From: an uncultured Gammaproteobacteria bacterium
Lineage (GTDB): Bacteria; Pseudomonadota; Gammaproteobacteria; UBA9214
Assembly (NCBI GenBank): GCA_963748215.1
Contig: CAVVHS010000009.1
Location: 64,001 to 128,000, forward strand
Direction: 5' to 3'
DNA: 64,000 nucleotides
Shown here piece by piece: positions 59,392-64,000 of this stretch; positions within the stretch are counted from its first letter, which is position 1, and every line of letters starts with the position of its first letter. Below the pieces are notes generated by a model. That model saw only the letters and a program-made list of their open reading frames with translations, did no database searches and was not told where the DNA came from. Made by a program: the position numbers and the translations under genes.

Positions 59392-59796
59392 TCAGTTTTC
59401 GGTACCGGTACGGTCAATGCCGTTCTGGCTGCTGTCGGACATGGTGGCATGGAATTCGTCCAGCATTTTAAGGTAGGTTTCGGCAGATAGCTTGCCCTGT
59501 TCGATCAGGATATCTGCCAGTTGCGGCCTGGTGCTGGCTTGCAGGTTGAGAAGTTCCTCAACATCCGGCTCATCGAGATAACCCAGTCGGACAGCAACAC
59601 TGCCAAATTGAAGTGTCGTGCCGGCCTGGTTGCGCACCACGTCCATAACTTGCCTGACTGTCATGTACTGTTCCCTGATGGCGATCTGTCCCAGCAGTGA
59701 CTGACGGGTTTGCTGTATGTCCTGTGCAGCAGCGATATCCGCCTGGGTCAGAATTCTCCTGCTTATCAGGTATTGTCCAAATCTGTGGCTGTTCAT
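59392..59796 (-). CDS. Stand-alone protein of four MshEN/GspE-N-like repeats
   Basis: RFGQYL...Q, LLGQIA...Q, QFGSVA..LGYL...LL.LQ, QLADILIEQGKLS. Confidence 0.7.
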   Translation of the reverse strand: MNSHRFGQYLISRRILTQADIAAAQDIQQTRQSLLGQIAIREQYMTVRQVMDVVRNQAGTTLQFGSVAVRLGYLDEPDVEELLNLQASTRPQLADILIEQGKLSAETYLKMLDEFHATMSDSSQNGIDRTGTEN

Positions 59797-59986
59797 GTTG
59801 CTACCCCGTCAATTCGCATGTAAGTTGCCGATGACTCGTTGAGATTAGAGAAAGGTGTCGTGATTAACCGCTGAATGTGTCTCATTTCAGAATTGTGCGT
59901 TATCAACCCGGTTGCAGCTGGTGCTGAGCGAGGTCGCAAGGACCGCCTTCCGGCGTGACGGCCAGTCTGCTGACAATGCTGACCAT

Positions 59987-60289
59987 CTAGTGCGTTTCGA
60001 GTCCCAGCTGGGTTGTCAGTCCGCTCAGGTTAGCCGTGGACACGAGACGCTCCGAGGGCGAAATCCAGCATAATCTGTGCCCGTTATTGCGCAGTTGTAT
60101 GGCCAGAGCCACCAGCAATTGCAGTGCCGAGGTGTCGATGTCGATCACTTTTGAGCCATCAACGGTAACATCATTCTCTGTATCGACAGCATCCAGTTGA
60201 ACGCAGAAGTCGCGCGTATCCGGGGTCCCAAGATATTCGCCCAGTACAATGGTGTTGTAATACGGATAACAGCGTGTCGTGCATGCCAT
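59987..60289 (-). CDS. STAS domain protein
   Basis: VTVDGSKVIDIDTSALQLLV...SPSERL...LSGL; start uncertain. Confidence 0.7.
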   Translation of the reverse strand: MACTTRCYPYYNTIVLGEYLGTPDTRDFCVQLDAVDTENDVTVDGSKVIDIDTSALQLLVALAIQLRNNGHRLCWISPSERLVSTANLSGLTTQLGLETH

Positions 60290-60526
60290 ATGCGGTTGCG
60301 TCCATTCCCTGTGTATAATGTCCCGGCTTCCATGCCGGCGTTGCATACCTGGACCACGGATTTACTTCCGTTCCCACCCCTATCGGCATGATTATGAACT
60401 GCTTGACCTTGCCCCCGGATTGCCTGAATGTCTCTGCCGCAGCCGCCACTGATCTGACAAATCCTACCCGGCGCAAACGGCCATGGAATGACCGGCATAC
60501 TTGTCATTCAACATACTGAGGCACAA

Positions 60527-60553
60527 TAAAGTTCCGGCCTGATTGTCCGACAA
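60527..60553 (+). promoter_or_regulatory. Putative sigma28 promoter of stator operon
   Basis: TAAAGTTC...N15-TCCGACAA. Confidence 0.6.
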
Positions 60554-60668
60554 CAAGGGGTATACAGGGCTGATATGCCCGGTTCCCGCTGTGCTGTGCA
60601 CGGTGCATTAATGTCGGGGAATCACCGCCTTTCGGTGGCTGTAATGCAGGCAAGGAGCCAACACAGCA

Positions 60669-61445
60669 ATGGATCTTGCAACCTTAATCGGTCTGGTCGG
60701 CACGCTGGGTGCCATCACGACCGCCATACTCATGGGCAGCGGCTTTTCCATCTTCGTCAATGGACCGGGTCTGATGATCGTGGTCGCCGGCACCCTGACT
60801 GTGGTGCTGATGAAATACCCCTTGACAGTCGCCGTGCTTGCCATGAAGGCGGCAGCGAAGGCATTCCTGCACAAGGTGCAGACACCCCGGGACCTGATCG
60901 AGAAATGCGTGGAGCTTTCCAATATTGCGCGCAAGGAAGGCGTGCTCGGTCTGGAACAGGTCGAGATAGAGAATGAATTCCTGAAGCGGGGCGTCATGCT
61001 GGTAGTCGACGGCAATGATGCGGATTTTGTGCGCAAGATGCTGTCAAATGACATCAACCTGACCATCGAGCGGCATGAGGAAGGGCAGAGCATTTTCAAG
61101 TCGATCGGGGATGTGGCGCCAGCCATGGGCATGATAGGTACCCTGATCGGCCTGGTGCAGATGATGGCCAATATGAGTGACCCCAAGGCGCTCGGTCCGG
61201 CCATGGCGGTCGCGCTGCTCACCACCCTGTACGGTGCCGTGATCGCCAACGCGCTGGCACTGCCTATAGCGGACAAGCTTGCGCTGCGCAGCAAGCAGGA
61301 GCGCATGACGAAATCGCTTATCCTGGAAGGCATTTCGGCGATCCAGGCCGGGCTCAACCCGCGCGTGGTAGAGGATCTCCTGAAAACCTACCTGCCGGTA
61401 ACGCAGCGTGATTTCGTTAAGGATGAAAAGGAGGAAGCTGCCTGA
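60669..61445 (+). CDS. pomA: Flagellar stator A subunit, PomA-type
   Basis: MDLATLIG, GDVAPAMGMIGTLIGLV, GPAMAVALLTTLYGA. Confidence 0.93.
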   Translation: MDLATLIGLVGTLGAITTAILMGSGFSIFVNGPGLMIVVAGTLTVVLMKYPLTVAVLAMKAAAKAFLHKVQTPRDLIEKCVELSNIARKEGVLGLEQVEIENEFLKRGVMLVVDGNDADFVRKMLSNDINLTIERHEEGQSIFKSIGDVAPAMGMIGTLIGLVQMMANMSDPKALGPAMAVALLTTLYGAVIANALALPIADKLALRSKQERMTKSLILEGISAIQAGLNPRVVEDLLKTYLPVTQRDFVKDEKEEAA

Positions 61446-61469
61446 CGGCGGTTTTCCGGTTGCTGACTC

Positions 61470-62444
61470 ATGGCTGATTGTAATTGTCCGCCCGCACCCA
61501 AGTGTCCTGCGGGCATCCCGGCCTGGGTACTCACCTTTGCCGACCTGATGTCACTGCTGCTGGCCTTCTTCGTGTTGCTGTTCTCGTTTTCAGAGATGGA
61601 CCAGCAGAAATACAAACAGGTGGCCGGTTCCATGCGTGATGCATTCGGTATCCAGCGTGAAATCAATGTCAAGGATCCGCCCAAGGGCATCAATATCATC
61701 GCTCAGGAGTTCAGCGCCGGCAAGCCGAATGAATCAACGCCGCTGAACGAGATGCGCCAGGTGACCACGGACGATTTCCGTCAGTACCTGGAGATTCCGA
61801 AGCCTACCAAGGAATTCGAGGATGCATTAAAGGGCGAAAAGGAGCGTATTCAACTCGCGCTGGCGAACGAGATCAAGGACGGTTTCGTCGAGGTGGATAT
61901 CATCGACGAAACGATTGTGATCCGCATACTAGAGAGCGGTTCGTTTGCGTCGGCCAGCGCCGGGCTGATCGAACCGTTCAAAACCCTGCTGGAGAAGATG
62001 GCGAGGACCATCGGCTCCAATCCCGGTTCCGTGATCGTGGCCGGGCACACGGACTCGAAACCGATTGCGAACTCGCATTACCGGTCGAACTGGGAACTGT
62101 CAGCATCGCGTGCCGTCACCGTCGTGCATGAACTGATGGAGCATGGTGGAATCCCCAAGAGCCGGTTCCGCATCGAGGGGTACGGTGACATCAAGCCGGT
62201 AGACAGCAATGATACGGCGGAAGGGCGTGCACGTAATCGCCGGGTCGAGGTGACGCTCCTGTATGATGAAACCCTGGTGAAGTCCCAGCCGGCTGTGGCC
62301 GGGCCTGCTGTGGATTTGCCGCCGGCGAGTGTCGAGGAAGCCGCCGCAGTGAGTGTGTTCGGGCCGGTACAGGGCGAAATGTCCAGTCCGATGGAAAGTC
62401 TACTGATCAACCCCTGTCCGGGCTGCGATACAGGCAAAAGATGA
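61470..62444 (+). CDS. motB: Flagellar stator B subunit, PomB/MotB-type
   Basis: WVLTFADLMSLLLAFFVLLFSFSEMD; OmpA-like GHTD...NWELS..RA...RNRRVE. Confidence 0.93.
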   Translation: MADCNCPPAPKCPAGIPAWVLTFADLMSLLLAFFVLLFSFSEMDQQKYKQVAGSMRDAFGIQREINVKDPPKGINIIAQEFSAGKPNESTPLNEMRQVTTDDFRQYLEIPKPTKEFEDALKGEKERIQLALANEIKDGFVEVDIIDETIVIRILESGSFASASAGLIEPFKTLLEKMARTIGSNPGSVIVAGHTDSKPIANSHYRSNWELSASRAVTVVHELMEHGGIPKSRFRIEGYGDIKPVDSNDTAEGRARNRRVEVTLLYDETLVKSQPAVAGPAVDLPPASVEEAAAVSVFGPVQGEMSSPMESLLINPCPGCDTGKR

Positions 62445-62521
62445 AACCGTAAACGTTAGTAGTGAAAGGTAGCTGTTGACCCGGGGTTACTGCGCAGTTT
62501 TGCTATTACGTCTTACGCAAT

Positions 62522-62542
62522 GGTGCACAGAGTGCACCCTAC
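62522..62542 (-). repeat. Solo A-type REP between convergent motB and flgN
   Basis: GGTGCACAGAGTGCACCCTAC. Confidence 0.85.
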
Positions 62543-62593
62543 ATAATTTCCGTGTCCTTCCGTGGATTCCGTGGCCATTCCACCCTTCACGTC

Positions 62594-63082
62594 TCACGCC
62601 TTTGCCAGTGACCGGCTGCTGTGATGGTGATCCGATTCACCATCGGCCTGATAGGTATTCTGGCCCGGATCTTCACCCCGCAGCAGGTGCAGTGCTTCCC
62701 GGGCATGACGGCTGCACAGGTCAACCAGCTGCTGGTTTTTCCGGTTCAGATTGTCGCAGATGCGCGCCTGTGACTGCAGGCGCTGCCAGAGCGGTGTGAT
62801 CTGCTGTTGCGGATCGCACCAGCCCAGGCAATGCGTCATACCGGGATGTCCGGTCTCGAATCCTGCGCCTTTCAGCAGTACCGTGCGTTCCTGCTCGAGT
62901 CCGGCAAGTTGCTCGAGTAGCCGGGCCTTGTCACCAATGAGTTGTTCCAGGGCGGCGATATCGCTCCTGGCGATTACCCGGTATTCGTCCGCGAGCAGTG
63001 TCTCGAACCGTTCAGCAAGCTCCAGTTCCTGCTGAAGCAGGGAGCTGATTCCAAGCCGGCACACATCCTGGTTTACGGGCAT
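62594..63082 (-). CDS. flgN: Flagellar export chaperone
   Basis: LL..E...K..LL..L..LEQER...C..LN..N...YQADG; after flgM. Confidence 0.88.
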   Translation of the reverse strand: MPVNQDVCRLGISSLLQQELELAERFETLLADEYRVIARSDIAALEQLIGDKARLLEQLAGLEQERTVLLKGAGFETGHPGMTHCLGWCDPQQQITPLWQRLQSQARICDNLNRKNQQLVDLCSRHAREALHLLRGEDPGQNTYQADGESDHHHSSRSLAKA

Positions 63083-63096
63083 TGTCTGTACTCCTG

Positions 63097-63414
63097 TTAG
63101 CGGTCGCCGTATTGCAGGCTGACCTTGTCGGCGATGCGGGCAGTGTCGATCCGGAAAGTGCCGGTCTCGATAGCCTGTTTCAGGGCAGCGACCCGCTCGG
63201 CGTCGAAATCTGCTGCGGTTTTACTGCCGCGCAGCTCGTCAGCAATGCGCCGGGCATCGTGTGACAGGCTGACGCGGTCGGTATGCGAGGAATCAGCCTT
63301 TTTATCCGCGGGCACGCTGTCGTCGGCCGGTGATCCGGAACGAACGATCATCGTCCTCAGCCGCTCCAGCAAGGCGCCCTGGGTTGCCAGCGGGTTCCTG
63401 AAATCGATTGGCAT
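63097..63414 (-). CDS. flgM: Anti-sigma28 factor
   Basis: DRVSLS...FDAERVAALKQAIETGTFRID..RIADK. Confidence 0.9.
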   Translation of the reverse strand: MPIDFRNPLATQGALLERLRTMIVRSGSPADDSVPADKKADSSHTDRVSLSHDARRIADELRGSKTAADFDAERVAALKQAIETGTFRIDTARIADKVSLQYGDR

Positions 63415-63453
63415 GTAAAATCCTGTTATTCCCCAAAACTGTCTGCAACTACC

Positions 63454-63999
63454 TTACATAGCGACCTGGATGGTGGATGACGAGAGTACGATCCCGTCAA
63501 TCACCCGCTTCGAGCTCAAATTGCGAACCTTGATGCGGGCCCCGGTGACGCCGTCCGCCAGCGCCTCTCCGGTCATCCTCACTTCCAGGCCACCACTGCT
63601 GGCGACCAGGACGACACGTTGCCCGCGCCTGACCTGTATCGGTTCCTTGACCAGGTAATTCGTCAGCGCGGCATCCATGGCAACGGTGCGAGTGACTTCC
63701 ATCCCTGCCACCTCGGCCGGATCGCTGAAATAGCCGGACTGCAGCTGGGCGAGATCACGCTCCACCATTTTCACATCGCCTTCCCCGACTACCTGCCCTC
63801 GCGTCAACGGGCGGGCGGCGGCGACCACCTTGTCATAGATGCTGACCTTGACCGGCACATACAACGACCAGGATTTGCTGCCGCTACAGCGCACACCGAC
63901 GGTGATATTGCCCAGCGTCTTGCCGCCAGGTGGCTGGAATGCCTCCAGCGGTTCGTCGCAGTGTGACAGCCGCAGGCGCGAGTCGAGCTTGCCGGGCCG
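63454..63999 (-). CDS. flgA: P-ring assembly chaperone (5' end beyond window)
   Basis: LDSRLRL..C...VGVRC...WSLYVPV; VRRGQRV...GEALADG..G..IKVRNLSS. Confidence 0.93.
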   Translation of the reverse strand, partial: RPGKLDSRLRLSHCDEPLEAFQPPGGKTLGNITVGVRCSGSKSWSLYVPVKVSIYDKVVAAARPLTRGQVVGEGDVKMVERDLAQLQSGYFSDPAEVAGMEVTRTVAMDAALTNYLVKEPIQVRRGQRVVLVASSGGLEVRMTGEALADGVTGARIKVRNLSSKRVIDGIVLSSSTIQVAM

Positions 64000-64000
64000 T

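Noticed and set aside
1-64000. tRNA, rRNA, prophage or reverse-transcriptase (DGR/retron) genes
   Set aside because: No such motifs recognised in the sequence or the ORF track.

Overview
GC-rich gammaproteobacterial chromosomal window. The organism is probably a marine sulfur-storing oxidiser, inferred from a sulfur globule protein, a two-Cys SqrR/BigR-like ArsR regulator and a PomAB-type stator. (1) 1-15.3 kb is a type IV pilus/T2SS-like region with a PilW-like pilin carrying DxDxDG loops, a giant PilX-like pilin-adhesin split by two 1-bp insertions, and pilMNOPQ-like genes. It is interleaved with about 33 GTAG-type REP palindromes, a Y1/HUH (RAYT-like) transposase bounded by ~86-bp imperfect inverted repeats, a BrnT/BrnA toxin-antitoxin pair, an HDOD protein and a GGDEF protein. 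(2) 15.3-25.7 kb holds an acyltransferase, an Nramp transporter, a two-component pair, ArsR, the sulfur globule protein, small conserved hypotheticals and a DnaJ-PilZ protein. (3) 25.9-64 kb is a polar-type flagellar supercluster (fliC-flaG-fliDST, REC-less FleR-like activator, fliE-L, fliM-R, flhBAFG, pomAB, flgNMA). It is interrupted by an antisense glycosyl/sulfo/methyltransferase island and lacks fliA/che after flhG. The most striking observation is that 78-bp (26-codon) stop-free REP arrays sit in frame inside the cleavable prepilin leaders of two consecutive pilin genes. Both arrays end with the same 77-bp step, which puts REP-encoded RCVKRTLR just before the prepilin-peptidase site, and both lie a few kb from a HUH transposase whose ends are duplicated around a TA module. 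All calls come from reading motifs by eye; no database searches were run.
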